64,000 bases of DNA from Myxococcales bacterium (GCA_047601445.1 JASGJH010000001.1:3712001-3776000); one strand, 5' to 3'; shown: positions 1-9,556, numbered from the stretch's first letter. A program made the numbers and translations. Notes: a model not told the origin generated them from the sequence alone.

Positions 1-46
1 GACGAGAACTTGTCAGGGGTGCCATCCCCGCTCACTCTCGTGATTG

Positions 47-2059
47 GTGCCCGATCGGATCCTTCGCTTTTGTGCCGTGCTCGTCGCTCTTTCGGCTGCC
101 TGTGGTGGCCCCCAGGCCGCTCCGAGCGGCCCGCAGCCCACGACCCGCAACCCGTCCCAGCCCGCCCCCACGCAAGCCGTGAGCCCCGGGGCGCAAGCCC
201 CCTTGGCGGCGCGCCCGGACCTGCCGCCCGGCGAGCGCGCGCTGCTGATCGAGAATGGCGAGGAGCGCTGGGTCGACGCCAAGGCCGCCGAAGCCGCCGG
301 CTACACGCTGGTGGACCTGAGTGACAACTGGACCCCGCTGATCTTCCGCGAAGAGCGCTCGGACACCGGGGAGCCACTGCCGAACCGCTACCGTCGCGTG
401 TTCCTGGGCCTGGCCAACGATGAGCTCGACGGCGACGGCGTCCCGCTCGAGCCGGGCCGCAAGAACTACCTGGAACTCTACGGCATCTTCCCGTCGCTCT
501 CGGTGCTGCGGGCGCGCTTCCTCGGCAGCGTCGACAGCACCTGCCACGATCAGGAGAGCGTCGACGTGCTGTCGGCGGTGGAGACCGTTTCCTACGTTGC
601 TCCCAAGAACATCGAGAAGGAGGCGCGCAAGCTGGCCCGCGTGCAGGCCGAGCTCGACGCGGCGCTCAAGCGGGAGAAGCTCGCCAGCCTGGCGGAGCTC
701 GCGCAGGCGGCCCCCCAACTCGTCCCCAAGATCGAGCTCGTCGAGAAGCGCGCTGCCGAGAAGCTCGCCATGGCCGCGGTGGAGCGCCGCCTCACCTGCG
801 AAGGGCTCTTGAGTCCCACGAGCAAGCACAAGACCGGCATCTACGACGAGCCGATGCGGATCGCGGTGCGGCAGTTCCAGCAGAAGAACATGATCTACGA
901 GGCCAACTTCCTGCGGCGTCAGACCGTGGACGCGCTGGCCCGACCTCCGCTCGACAATGACTACGACAGCCTGGTGCGCAGCATCCGCGAACGCGTGATC
1001 TCGGCCGCTGGCATCATCGAGGACGGCACGGGTGGCACGCCGAAGAACCCGGCGCTCGACCTCGCTGGCGAGTACACCAAGTTGACACTCGAGCAACTGG
1101 GCCTGAGCGACGCCCAAACCACGGTGGCCTTCTACAAGCGCCACGAGCCGCCCGAGTTCGAGACCTTGCGCGCGGCCATCAAGCTGCCAGCGCGGCCCGA
1201 GTACTACTCGGATCACATGGAGCTCTCCATCGTGGTCGACCGCGGGGACGTCTGGTACGACCTCCCGTTCGACGCCGCCGGCAATTTCAAGCTGCCCGTC
1301 CGCAAGCGCTACCCGTCGCTCTCGCTGATGATGACCTACGGAGGCAAGACCTTCCCGCTCGCGCGCTGGCGCAGCACCATCGGTGGTTGGCGCGCGGAGC
1401 AGGCCAGCGATGGCTACGAATACTTCCGCTACAAGATGTCCGACGTGGGCCCGCGTGTGATCCGCCAGGTCGTCTCGGGTCCGGTCTGGATCGCCCCGGC
1501 GTCCACCCCCATCCGCACCCTGGTGAAGAACAAGACGGTGAACCACGCCATGACCAAGGTGGTGAACTACGACGAGCTCGGGCCAGGCTTCCTGTCGGCG
1601 TACGGCGTGGTGGCCGGTTACTTCGTGACGCCCGGGCTCAACGGCCGCCCCGACTTCGACAACGGCGTGCGCGCCCACGGCTCGTCGGATTACCTCTCCA
1701 TCTACAGCCCGAACGGCTTCTCGCACGGCTGCCACCGGTTGCCCAACCACATCGCGGTCCGCCTCTACTCGTTCATCCTGGGGCATCGCAAGCGCGTGGT
1801 CGCGGGCGACCAACCGCTCGGTTTCTCGCGCCAATTCCTGTCGGGCGAGACCGTCTACGAGATGCGCATTCCCTCGCGCGGCTACGCCTACTACCTCGAC
1901 CCGCCGCTCCCCGTGGAGGTGCTCGAAGGGACCATCAAGGGCGACCAGAAAAAGCCGATCATCGGCTACATCCCCAAGCCCAACGAACGCTACCCGGGCC
2001 CGCCGCCCCCTGCCCCGGATAGTCCCGAAGCCAAGGCCGGCGGAGGCGGTGAAGAATGA
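47..2059 (+). CDS. L,D-transpeptidase family lipoprotein with peptidoglycan-binding domain
   Basis: Lipobox LSAAC; PG-binding-like segment (GIYDEPMRIAVRQFQQKN); YkuD-type catalytic motif RAHGS...SHGCHRL. Confidence 0.8.
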   Translation: MPDRILRFCAVLVALSAACGGPQAAPSGPQPTTRNPSQPAPTQAVSPGAQAPLAARPDLPPGERALLIENGEERWVDAKAAEAAGYTLVDLSDNWTPLIFREERSDTGEPLPNRYRRVFLGLANDELDGDGVPLEPGRKNYLELYGIFPSLSVLRARFLGSVDSTCHDQESVDVLSAVETVSYVAPKNIEKEARKLARVQAELDAALKREKLASLAELAQAAPQLVPKIELVEKRAAEKLAMAAVERRLTCEGLLSPTSKHKTGIYDEPMRIAVRQFQQKNMIYEANFLRRQTVDALARPPLDNDYDSLVRSIRERVISAAGIIEDGTGGTPKNPALDLAGEYTKLTLEQLGLSDAQTTVAFYKRHEPPEFETLRAAIKLPARPEYYSDHMELSIVVDRGDVWYDLPFDAAGNFKLPVRKRYPSLSLMMTYGGKTFPLARWRSTIGGWRAEQASDGYEYFRYKMSDVGPRVIRQVVSGPVWIAPASTPIRTLVKNKTVNHAMTKVVNYDELGPGFLSAYGVVAGYFVTPGLNGRPDFDNGVRAHGSSDYLSIYSPNGFSHGCHRLPNHIAVRLYSFILGHRKRVVAGDQPLGFSRQFLSGETVYEMRIPSRGYAYYLDPPLPVEVLEGTIKGDQKKPIIGYIPKPNERYPGPPPPAPDSPEAKAGGGGEE

Positions 2060-2652
2060 ACCTGCTCTCCTTCAAGACACGAGCCCTCTGCTTCGGCGTG
2101 GCCGGGGTGTGCGCGCTCTCGGGCCTGCTCTTGATGCGCCCGAGCAACGTAGCTGCCACGCCCCCGAGCTCGCCCGCTCCAGCGCAGCTGCAGGCGCTGC
2201 AGACGCCGCCTATGGGCACCGGCGTGGACGCCGGCACCGAGTCCCAGTCGGCGACCACGGCCACCATCAGCTTCGCGACCTCGCCGCCCGTGACCGCCAT
2301 GGTGTTCTGGGGCAAGAAGAACATCGGCAAGATCACCGCGAGCAAGCCGCTCGTGATCGTGAGGCCCCGAGACAGCGGCCCGCTCGACGTGATCGTGCGC
2401 ACCAAGAACTATCTCCCGGTGCAGACCCGTGCCCACACGTTCTCGGACCAGCGCGTGGTCGTGAAGCTCACGCCACCGGACAAGATGAACGAGCTGCTCG
2501 GCTACAAGGCGCCGCTCGACGCGGGCGTGGCGATGGAGCAGGAGGTTGCCCTCGAGGCCATGGCCGATGGAGGCGTCGCGGCCCCCGCGGCTACGCCGAC
2601 CTTCCAGGTCGTTCCAAGCGCCCCGGTGCAGACGCCGCTCCTGAGCCCATAA
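2056..2652 (+). CDS. hypothetical exported protein (PEGA-like beta domain)
   Basis: ATGA overlap with upstream gene; N-terminal hydrophobic segment; ISFATSPPVTAMVFWGKKNIG resembles PEGA-type domains. Confidence 0.6.
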   Translation: MNLLSFKTRALCFGVAGVCALSGLLLMRPSNVAATPPSSPAPAQLQALQTPPMGTGVDAGTESQSATTATISFATSPPVTAMVFWGKKNIGKITASKPLVIVRPRDSGPLDVIVRTKNYLPVQTRAHTFSDQRVVVKLTPPDKMNELLGYKAPLDAGVAMEQEVALEAMADGGVAAPAATPTFQVVPSAPVQTPLLSP

Positions 2653-2666
2653 CCTCCCTCCCTGGA

Positions 2667-2708
2667 TGGTCGTGGTCGCTCAGCCAGCTACGACCACGAC
2701 CACGACCA
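2667..2708. repeat. hexamer-periodic inverted repeat (TGGTCG)n/(CGACCA)n, probable bidirectional terminator
   Basis: tggtcgtggtcg (2667-2678) pairs with cgaccacgaccacgacca (2691-2708); lies between convergent genes. Confidence 0.7.
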
Positions 2709-2721
2709 ACGGAATCGGGGC

Positions 2722-3462
2722 CTAGCGGCGGCGCGGCGCGCTGACGAGGATGCGGATGGCGGCGGCGGCCTTGTCGACGCCCGACTCGCGCTCGGCGGGC
2801 ACGTCCCCGTACAAGAAGGCCTCGCCAATGCGCACGATGACGTAGGACAGCGTGTCCACGTCGAGCTCGGGCTCGATTTCGCCGGCCGCCTCGAGCTCCC
2901 CCAACCAAACGCGATGGATGTCGATGCAGCGCCGTTGCACCGGGCTCGAGTTGGAGGTGAGCACACGGATGGCAAACTCGGGGTCCTGCGCGATGAAGCG
3001 CCTGAGCGGCTCGAACTGCACCAGCCGCAACATCACGTGGCGCGCCACTGCGGCCACTCCCTCGGCCCCCTTGCCCTCGATCTTGCGGCGGGCGCGCTCC
3101 ATCTCCTGGACGTAGCTGGCGGACAGGATTTCCCCGTAGAGTTGCTCCCGACTGCCGACCCAGCGGAACAAGGTGGCCCGTCCCACGCCCAGCTCCTTGG
3201 CGAGCCGACCGATGTCGAGCCGCTCGCCTGCCAGCCACTTGCTGCGCGAGAGGGCGAAGAGGTCGAGGGGCGTGACACGCGCGGAGCGACGCTGGTTGCG
3301 CAGCGTGCGCGCGAGCGGAGTGGCCTCGGATGCCTCGGGGGATGGAACGGAAGCGAGTCGAGGGCGCTCGGGCTGAGCGGGCTCCGGGTCCTGCCGACGC
3401 GGGCGGCCGGGCGCCGGCTCCCTACGGGCTGCGTGAGTCGTTTTCTTACTGCGATTCGCCAC
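2722..3462 (-). CDS. TetR-family (QsdR-like) transcriptional regulator
   Basis: HTH LDIGRLAKELGVGRATLFRWVGSREQL; GTG start at 3462 with GAGG upstream. Confidence 0.8.
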   Translation of the reverse strand: MANRSKKTTHAARREPAPGRPRRQDPEPAQPERPRLASVPSPEASEATPLARTLRNQRRSARVTPLDLFALSRSKWLAGERLDIGRLAKELGVGRATLFRWVGSREQLYGEILSASYVQEMERARRKIEGKGAEGVAAVARHVMLRLVQFEPLRRFIAQDPEFAIRVLTSNSSPVQRRCIDIHRVWLGELEAAGEIEPELDVDTLSYVIVRIGEAFLYGDVPAERESGVDKAAAAIRILVSAPRRR

Positions 3463-3590
3463 TACAAAACCTCGTCGGCTCGCTCGGTCCGCGCCCGGCA
3501 CGCATTCAGCCCGCAAAAAGCCAGCAGCACTGTTGATCTGGGTGCCCCGGTCTACGCACGCCGTCAAGTCATTATTGCAATTCGAACCAA

Positions 3591-3618
3591 TATGATTCAT
3601 TTCTCCCTTATGACTCAT
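3591..3618. promoter_or_regulatory. tandem palindromes ATGATTCAT / ATGACTCAT, candidate operator
   Basis: Two ATGA-N-TCAT palindromes 18 bp apart (3592-3600, 3610-3618) in an AT-rich divergent TetR/AraC spacer. Confidence 0.45.
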
Positions 3619-4647
3619 CCGGTCCTTTCACGCGTGGATCGGGCCCTCGGGCCGCGCATGCTGCTGGTGACGCCGGAGGACGAGGCGCCCGAGCTGTTGG
3701 TCTCGCGAACCCTGCTCCAACCCTTCGGCGAGCTCGCGCGGCTCGGACCGGAGTCTGGCATCGGCTCGCGCGTCCCGTTGAGCGCGATCAATCGTTGGCT
3801 CGAGGACCTCGACTGCGAAGCTGGCCTGCGAGCGCTCGAACGCTTCGAGGTAGGCACTGGGGATGTCACGGAATATCTCGCAGCCTCTTCTGCTTCATGG
3901 GGAGAGGCCCTCGAAGTCATCATCCGCTACGCCCGACTGCTCTCCGACGCGGCAGATTTCTGCCTGCACGAGCACGCCGAGCGCGCTGTGTTCGAGCTGC
4001 GCACCCGGGCCCGCATCGGCCGCCCGCTGGGCGACTTCCAGGTGGGTCTGTTGGCGCTCGCCGCGCGCAGCTGGCTCGGCCATCTGCAGAGCTTCGAGTT
4101 CTGGTTCGCGCATCCGCGCCCACACGACCTGGGCGACTACACGCGCATCTTCGGCCTCTCGCCCTTGCGCTTCGACGCGCCCTGCGATGCGGTCGTGTTC
4201 GACCGGGCGCTGCTCAAGACGCCGCTCAAGGAGTCGAATCAGCGCCTTCACGCGGTGCTCCGCCGCCACGCCGACAGCCTGCTCTCCGAGCTGCCACCGC
4301 TCGACCTTTTGACGGGTCGCGTGCGCGAGCTGGTGCTGCAGCTGTTGCCCGTGGGCAAGAGCGACGTGAGGTACGCCGCCGAGCGGCTCAACATGAGCCG
4401 ACGCACCCTGGCGCGACGCTTGAAGACCGAGGGGGCGAGCTATCGCGAGGTGGTGGAAGAGGCGCGCCACACACTGGCCCGACGCTACCTCGCGCTGCCG
4501 AACCTCGACGTGAAGGAGATCGCCTTCCTGCTGGGATACTCCGAGACCGCGGCGTTCTCGCGCGCGTTCCGCCGCTGGGCCGGTCAGAGTCCGCTGCAAT
4601 ACCGCGAGAGCCACATGAAGACCCCGCGCGTGGCAGCGGGACGCTGA
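3610..4647 (+). CDS. AraC-family transcriptional regulator (Arabinose_bd_2-type N-domain)
   Basis: C-terminal AAERLNMSRRTLARRL...EIAFLLGYSETAAFSRAFRRWAGQSPLQYR. Confidence 0.9.
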   Translation: MTHPVLSRVDRALGPRMLLVTPEDEAPELLVSRTLLQPFGELARLGPESGIGSRVPLSAINRWLEDLDCEAGLRALERFEVGTGDVTEYLAASSASWGEALEVIIRYARLLSDAADFCLHEHAERAVFELRTRARIGRPLGDFQVGLLALAARSWLGHLQSFEFWFAHPRPHDLGDYTRIFGLSPLRFDAPCDAVVFDRALLKTPLKESNQRLHAVLRRHADSLLSELPPLDLLTGRVRELVLQLLPVGKSDVRYAAERLNMSRRTLARRLKTEGASYREVVEEARHTLARRYLALPNLDVKEIAFLLGYSETAAFSRAFRRWAGQSPLQYRESHMKTPRVAAGR

Positions 4648-4652
4648 CGAAC

Positions 4653-5210
4653 TCAGCGCCCGGCGAGCAGGGCTTCGATCAGGATGCGCAGGCTCGGCGC
4701 GGCGAAGCCGGCGGTCTTGCGCGGCGCGAAGGCCCCCAGCACCAGCGCTCCGATGACGAAGGCCAGCACCGCCCCCGCCTGCGACTCGTCGAGTCGGCCC
4801 TCCGAACGCTCCTGGATACTGCCGATCTCGGCGTCGAGGATGCGCCGCACCCGAGCGAACAGGCTCGGGTTGCGCACCGCCTCGGACAGCACGCCCACCC
4901 AACAGCGGGCCGAGGTGACGTCGGCGCGCTCGTCGAGCTTGAGCGCTCCGTCGGCGTAGGCGTACAGCCTGCCTGCCTCGGCTTCGTAGCCGCGCACACG
5001 CCCTCGGAAGCCAGCCACCAGATTCTCCAGCAGCGCCGAGAGCAGCTCCTCCTTGTTGGCGAAGTGATGGTGAATGAGCCCGGGCGCATAGCCGGCGCGC
5101 TCGGCCACGGCGGCCATGGTGGCCCCTGCATAGCCACTCTCCGCCAGGGTCCGTGCGAAGGCCGAAAGGATCTCCGCGCGCCGCTCGAGACGATTGCTCG
5201 GTCTGCCCAT
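4653..5210 (-). CDS. TetR-family transcriptional regulator (BetI-like)
   Basis: GYAGATMAAVAERAGYAPGLIHHHFANKEELL HTH. Confidence 0.9.
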   Translation of the reverse strand: MGRPSNRLERRAEILSAFARTLAESGYAGATMAAVAERAGYAPGLIHHHFANKEELLSALLENLVAGFRGRVRGYEAEAGRLYAYADGALKLDERADVTSARCWVGVLSEAVRNPSLFARVRRILDAEIGSIQERSEGRLDESQAGAVLAFVIGALVLGAFAPRKTAGFAAPSLRILIEALLAGR

Positions 5211-5212
5211 AG

Positions 5213-5230
5213 ATTGGTTGAGTAACCAAT
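5213..5230. promoter_or_regulatory. TetR-type operator, 7-4-7 inverted repeat
   Basis: ATTGGTT-GAGT-AACCAAT directly upstream of the TetR start in a 42 bp divergent spacer. Confidence 0.7.
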
Positions 5231-5252
5231 TTAATGGCTACAGGCTAGTCCC

Positions 5253-5894
5253 ATGCAGACGCGCTCTCACGGCCTCGACCTCCCGCGCTTCGCCCGTGCC
5301 TGGCGGGCCCTCGGCGCAGAATCTACGCGCGAAATCCCCCAGGCCGCGGAGATCCTGACCGCCCACTACGCGCACCCCGCGCGCGCCTATCACAACGCGG
5401 AGCACATCGGCGAGTGCCTGGCCTGGTTCGACCGGGTGAGCACGCAGCTCGAGCGTCCCACCGAACTCGAGGTCGCGCTGGTATTCCACGACGCCATCTA
5501 TGACCCCTGCGCCCGCGACAACGAGGCGCAGAGCCGCGCTCTGTTCGAGCAGCTCGCCCGCGAGGCCGGCCTGCCCGACACCAGCAGCGCGCGCATCGGG
5601 GCGCTGATCTCCGCGACGGAGCGGCACGCGGCCAGCTCGCACGACGCCGCCTTCATGGTGGACATCGATCTTGCGATCTTGGGCGCGGAGCCGGAGCGCT
5701 ATGCCCGCTTCGAGCGCGACGTGCGAATGGAGTTTGCGTTCCTCGACGACGCCGGCTGGAGCGCTGGCCGCGCGCGTGTACTGCAAGGGTTCCTGGCGCG
5801 CGAGCGACTCTTCGAGACCCCGTTCTTCCGCGAACGCCTGGAACTACGCGCGCGCGCCAACTTGGCTCGCGCCCTGTCGGCTCTTGGAGCCTAG
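5253..5894 (+). CDS. HD-superfamily metal-dependent phosphohydrolase (COG4339-like)
   Basis: RAYHNAEH, FHDAIYDP, NEAQS, DIDLAILG motifs. Confidence 0.85.
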   Translation: MQTRSHGLDLPRFARAWRALGAESTREIPQAAEILTAHYAHPARAYHNAEHIGECLAWFDRVSTQLERPTELEVALVFHDAIYDPCARDNEAQSRALFEQLAREAGLPDTSSARIGALISATERHAASSHDAAFMVDIDLAILGAEPERYARFERDVRMEFAFLDDAGWSAGRARVLQGFLARERLFETPFFRERLELRARANLARALSALGA

Positions 5895-5920
5895 GAGGCA
5901 ACTGGGCTTGCTGGGGCAAA

Positions 5921-6082
5921 CGGCGATGCCTTGCGCCCTCACGGGCCCAAGGCACCAAAGAACTACTCGCGCGTCTGCAGGAGCTTCCAGGCTTCGACAA
6001 CCTCGCGGTGATCGCGGCGCTGGGATCCACGTCGCACGCGCGCTTCGTGGTTTGGCAGCGTGACGCTGCCGCCAACTGCTAG
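5921..6082 (+). pseudogene. 5'-truncated gene remnant of a small hypothetical protein
   Basis: Start-less frame reads RRCLAPSRAQGTKELLARLQELPGFDNLAVIAALGSTSHARFVVWQR and stops at 6080-6082; resembles the C-terminus of a recurring bacterial hypothetical family (recalled, not searched). Confidence 0.45.
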
Positions 6083-6300
6083 CGGAGCCAGCAGACGGCG
6101 CGATCGACCATCGATGCGGCGTAGCAGAGCGCCTGCGCGATGTCGTCGTCTTCGAGCTGTGGGTACTCGCGCTTGAGCACCGCGCGGTCCGGTTGTTCAG
6201 CCACCATCTCCACGACGCGCCTTACGGGAACGCCGAGGTTGCGGATGCAGGGCTGACCTCTCATGCAGGAAGGATCGGTCGTAATGCGGTCGAACTGCAT
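6079..6300 (-). CDS. DUF433 domain protein (antitoxin-like)
   Basis: MQFDRITTDPSCMRGQPCIRNLGVPV...EYPQLEDDDIAQALCYAA. Confidence 0.85.
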   Translation of the reverse strand: MQFDRITTDPSCMRGQPCIRNLGVPVRRVVEMVAEQPDRAVLKREYPQLEDDDIAQALCYAASMVDRAVCWLR

Positions 6301-6485
6301 GGCGGGCACCATAACACGAGCGTTTGGTGGTCGTGCAATTTGCCCACATCCTGCGCAATCGAATCGGCCCAAACATGGCCAGTTCACATGACCCTGATGG
6401 ATCTCGAGCGATGCGAGAAATACAGAAGAAATGCCAGCGGATGTAGGTCTCACGCCTCCACGAATAGGGACATTGCTCACGCTGC

Positions 6486-7016
6486 TCAGTCAGCACGAAA
6501 AATTGTCGGACGATCAGGGCGCTTCGCGAACTCTGTGAGGTGTTGCGCGATGGCACTGCGCAGCTCGGTGAGCTTGGGCGTTGCTCCGCCGCCCGAGGCG
6601 ACGGTGGCCTCGAGGTAGGGATGCAGCCACGTCACGGCGGGCTCGATCTGACCGAACACTTTGGTCGGATGCGGCGGCGGCACCAGCATCGTGAGTCCTG
6701 TGAGGATGCTGCGCTGCACCGAGGCCATCAGCCCCTCGGCCAAGATCACAGTGGCCGAGGCGTTGCGGCGCGACTCGCCGAGCTTGATCAAGCGCGCCAT
6801 GCGCGAGCGTTCTTCGTGGCTCATGCGCGCGTCGCTCGGATGGATCACGACCAGCTCGACGAGCTTGTCCTGGCGCTGCATGAGCCAGCGCTCGGCGAGT
6901 GCCTGCATGCGGTCCATCTCCTCGAGCGAGACGTAGCCTTCGAAGAGATGCACGCCGAAGTTGCCCAGCACCGAGGTCCAGGCGGTAGGAAAGCGAATGA
7001 CCGGCTCCCAACCCAT
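6486..7016 (-). CDS. hypothetical protein (STAS/SEC14-like myxobacterial family)
   Basis: Good codon bias; SATVILAEGLMASVQRSILTGL...PTKVF...AVTWL pattern. Confidence 0.6.
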   Translation of the reverse strand: MGWEPVIRFPTAWTSVLGNFGVHLFEGYVSLEEMDRMQALAERWLMQRQDKLVELVVIHPSDARMSHEERSRMARLIKLGESRRNASATVILAEGLMASVQRSILTGLTMLVPPPHPTKVFGQIEPAVTWLHPYLEATVASGGGATPKLTELRSAIAQHLTEFAKRPDRPTIFRAD

Positions 7017-7051
7017 GCTCCGCAAGGATTACATGAATCGAGCGCGGTGCC

Positions 7052-8128
7052 CTACTTCACGATCTCGCAGTAGTCCGGGAAGCTGGCTGGCAATCCCTTG
7101 GTGGCGTAAGGCGACTTGGTGATCCCGAAGGGATGGTCCTTCATGAACTGCCAGGCTGCAGCTTGCAGGTCGGCTGGCGCCTCGCAGTGACCCTGGTCGT
7201 GCTTGCACTTGACCACGAACCCGCCCTTGCTGCGCACCAGGTCGCTGAGGTTGTTGCTGGTGGTCTCGAATGCGATCCCGACCATGTCCTTGGACGGATC
7301 GCCGTACATCAAGAGCACCGGGGCGACGTAGTTCGGGGCAGTGAAGCCGAACTTGGTGGTGAGACCGCCTGAGTTGGAGGTCATGGCCGCCAGGTAGTCG
7401 CCGTGCTGGATCTCCATCACGCCCGCCATCAAACCGCCCGCGCTGCAGCCGGTGGTGTAGATGCGCTTGGGATCGATGCCGTAGTTCTTGACGGCACACG
7501 CGACGATCAAATCGGCGTACGAGAAGTCGTGGGTGGTGAACCAGACCTTGCCGCCGGTCACGTCCTTGCCATCGCGCCCCGGGGCGGGATCAGCGGGATC
7601 ATGGGGAGCCACGATCATGCCTCCCTGCGCGACGATGTCGTCCTGCACGCTTTTTGGCAGGAGCCCGCCAAAACCTGTACCGAGCTCCCAGTCCGGGCTG
7701 CTGCCCGTGCCGTGCCAGTAGATCAGCAGCGGCCCCTTGCCGTCCTTCGAGGGCGTACCCGCCACGATCTTGGTCTCGAGTCCCATGATGGTCTGCGTAC
7801 CCGACTTCAGGGACGGGCAGGTCATGGAGGCAGCCGGGATCTTCGGTCCGGCGCCGGAGGGAACCGGTGTGTCGCCGTCGCCGTCGCCAGTGCCGCCGTC
7901 GCCGGTCACATCCCCGTCACCGTCGCCCGTGGTGTCGCCGTCGCCGTCGCCGTCGCCATCGCCGTCACCATCGCCGTCCCCGTCGCCATCGCCGTCGCCG
8001 TCGCCATCCCCGTCCCCGTCGCCTTCGTCACCATCGCCGCGGCCCTCCCCGGGTTGCGGCATCGCCGTGTCACCGCAAGCGGCCACCAGTAGTGCGAGAG
8101 CCAACAGAGATCGAAGCGTGCGCTGCAT
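7052..8128 (-). CDS. alpha/beta-hydrolase (esterase/PHB-depolymerase-like) lipoprotein with (GD)n linker
   Basis: Lipobox LVAAC; YWHGTG oxyanion; GCSAGG nucleophile elbow; C-terminal GHC. Confidence 0.8.
   Translation of the reverse strand: MQRTLRSLLALALLVAACGDTAMPQPGEGRGDGDEGDGDGDGDGDGDGDGDGDGDGDGDGDGDGDTTGDGDGDVTGDGGTGDGDGDTPVPSGAGPKIPAASMTCPSLKSGTQTIMGLETKIVAGTPSKDGKGPLLIYWHGTGSSPDWELGTGFGGLLPKSVQDDIVAQGGMIVAPHDPADPAPGRDGKDVTGGKVWFTTHDFSYADLIVACAVKNYGIDPKRIYTTGCSAGGLMAGVMEIQHGDYLAAMTSNSGGLTTKFGFTAPNYVAPVLLMYGDPSKDMVGIAFETTSNNLSDLVRSKGGFVVKCKHDQGHCEAPADLQAAAWQFMKDHPFGITKSPYATKGLPASFPDYCEIVK
7872..8039 (-). repeat. 6-bp coding tandem repeat encoding (Gly-Asp)n
   Basis: Runs of gtcgcc/atcgcc/gtcccc; similar tracts at 13238-13285, 15875-15928 and 55583-55630. 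Confidence 0.9.
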
Positions 8129-8328
8129 AGAGAACCTACCCCTGGTTACTGAGGGCAAGCTACTCGCGGAGAACCCGTGAAAGGAAGGCCCAAGCGGGTC
8201 ATGAACCCTACTTTTTCCGAGAGTTTCTGCAAAAAGCCAGCCGCAGCATACCTCGCGCGGCAAGCTCCCCAGGAAGCCGTGAGGCGGCGCGTGAGCCCAG
8301 CTACGCTTCGTGGGTCAAGCTCCCCTCG

Positions 8329-9414
8329 ATGACCCTGGAGCAACTGCTGGGCTTCGCCTTATCTCGCTCGCTTTTTCCCCCGACCACCCTGCGAGCCGCC
8401 ATCGAGCGCCTGGGGTTCGTACAGGCCGACCCGATCCGCGCCCCCGCCCGCGCCCAGGACCTGATGCTGCGCCAACGGGTGCGCGACTACCGCGCCGGAG
8501 ATCTCGAGCGTCACTACGGGAAGCTGGGCATCGAAGAGGACTTCTTCGTGAACTACGGCTTCGTACCGCGCTCGGTGCACGCGCTGATGCACCCCCGCAA
8601 GGCGCGCACGCCCTGGAGCGCAGTCACGAGTCGGCGCGCGAAGGCCTTGCTGGCGTTCGTCGGAAAGCACGGCGAGGTTCACCCGCGCGAGGTGGACGCG
8701 CACTTCGCGCACGGCACGGTGACGAACTACTGGGGCGGCAGCTCCAGCGCGACCACCCACTTGCTCGATGCCATGCACTACCGCGGACTCTTGCGGGTGG
8801 TGCGCAGGGAGCGGGGCGTACGCATCTACGGCCTGCGCACGCAGAGCACGGCGCTGTCGGTGGCGACCCAGCGCGCCAATTTGGATGCCTTGATCGACGT
8901 GATCGTGTCGACCTATGCGCCGCTGCCCGCTCGCAGCTTGAACGCGCTCCTCGCGCGTATGCGCTACGCCACGCCTCAGTGGGTGGGTCAACTCAAGGCC
9001 GCCATCGATCGGGCCAAGCAGCGCTTGGCGCACGCCCACCTCGAGGGAGTCACATGGTATTGGCCCGCAGACGAGGACCCCGCCCGCGCGCCGGAGCAGA
9101 ACTCGGACGAGAGCTTGCGCTTGCTGGCACCGTTCGATCCCGTGGTCTGGGATCGACGCCGGTTCGAGATCTTTTGGGGCTGGGACTATCGGTTCGAAGC
9201 TTATACGCCAGTCTCCAAACGGCGCTTCGGCTACTACGCTTTGCCGCTGCTCTGGCGCACACGTGTGATCGGTTGGGGCAATCTGGTCGCCCAGGGCGAC
9301 GAGCTCGACGCCAGTTTTGGGTACGTTCGCGGCAGCGCGCCGCGGGATCGTGACTTCAAGCGAGAGCTCGAGCGCGAACTCGAACGGGTTCGCGGGTTCC
9401 TCACGCCACGCTGA
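8329..9414 (+). CDS. YcaQ/AlkZ-like interstrand-crosslink DNA glycosylase (HTH_42)
   Basis: GFVQADPI (QxD motif); LLAPFDPVVWDR; YRFEAYTP...RRFGYYALPLL. Confidence 0.88.
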   Translation: MTLEQLLGFALSRSLFPPTTLRAAIERLGFVQADPIRAPARAQDLMLRQRVRDYRAGDLERHYGKLGIEEDFFVNYGFVPRSVHALMHPRKARTPWSAVTSRRAKALLAFVGKHGEVHPREVDAHFAHGTVTNYWGGSSSATTHLLDAMHYRGLLRVVRRERGVRIYGLRTQSTALSVATQRANLDALIDVIVSTYAPLPARSLNALLARMRYATPQWVGQLKAAIDRAKQRLAHAHLEGVTWYWPADEDPARAPEQNSDESLRLLAPFDPVVWDRRRFEIFWGWDYRFEAYTPVSKRRFGYYALPLLWRTRVIGWGNLVAQGDELDASFGYVRGSAPRDRDFKRELERELERVRGFLTPR

Positions 9415-9520
9415 TCGCACCGATGCCTCCCCCGTGAGAGGCGCTCGCGTTCGGCTGTGCTCGTCGCGTCCACCGCGCTGCTCGTCGGCACGGCCCGTGT
9501 ATGCGGGCAGACCGGGTTCA

Positions 9521-9539
9521 TTCGAACACATCGTTCGAA
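9521..9539. promoter_or_regulatory. 7-5-7 palindrome, candidate operator
   Basis: TTCGAAC-ACATC-GTTCGAA, 17 nt upstream of the cytochrome c lipoprotein start. Confidence 0.35.
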
Positions 9540-9556
9540 CTCGGAATGGAGTACCG

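Noticed and set aside
32..1834. Long antisense ORFs (e.g. 32-1834, 17312-19384, 53731-55686, 43167-44612)
   Set aside because: Shadow frames of real genes in GC-rich DNA; no motifs and Arg/Ala/Gly-biased composition.
7737..8180. (SP)n and poly-Arg/His ORFs, also at 13117, 15715 and 55485
   Set aside because: Alternative frames of the (Gly-Asp)n linkers.
9521..9539. Possible SOS (LexA) box near the YcaQ-like gene
   Set aside because: The GAAC/GTTC spacing is 5, not the 4 of the Cheo-type box, and it lies downstream of the repair gene; kept only as a generic palindrome.
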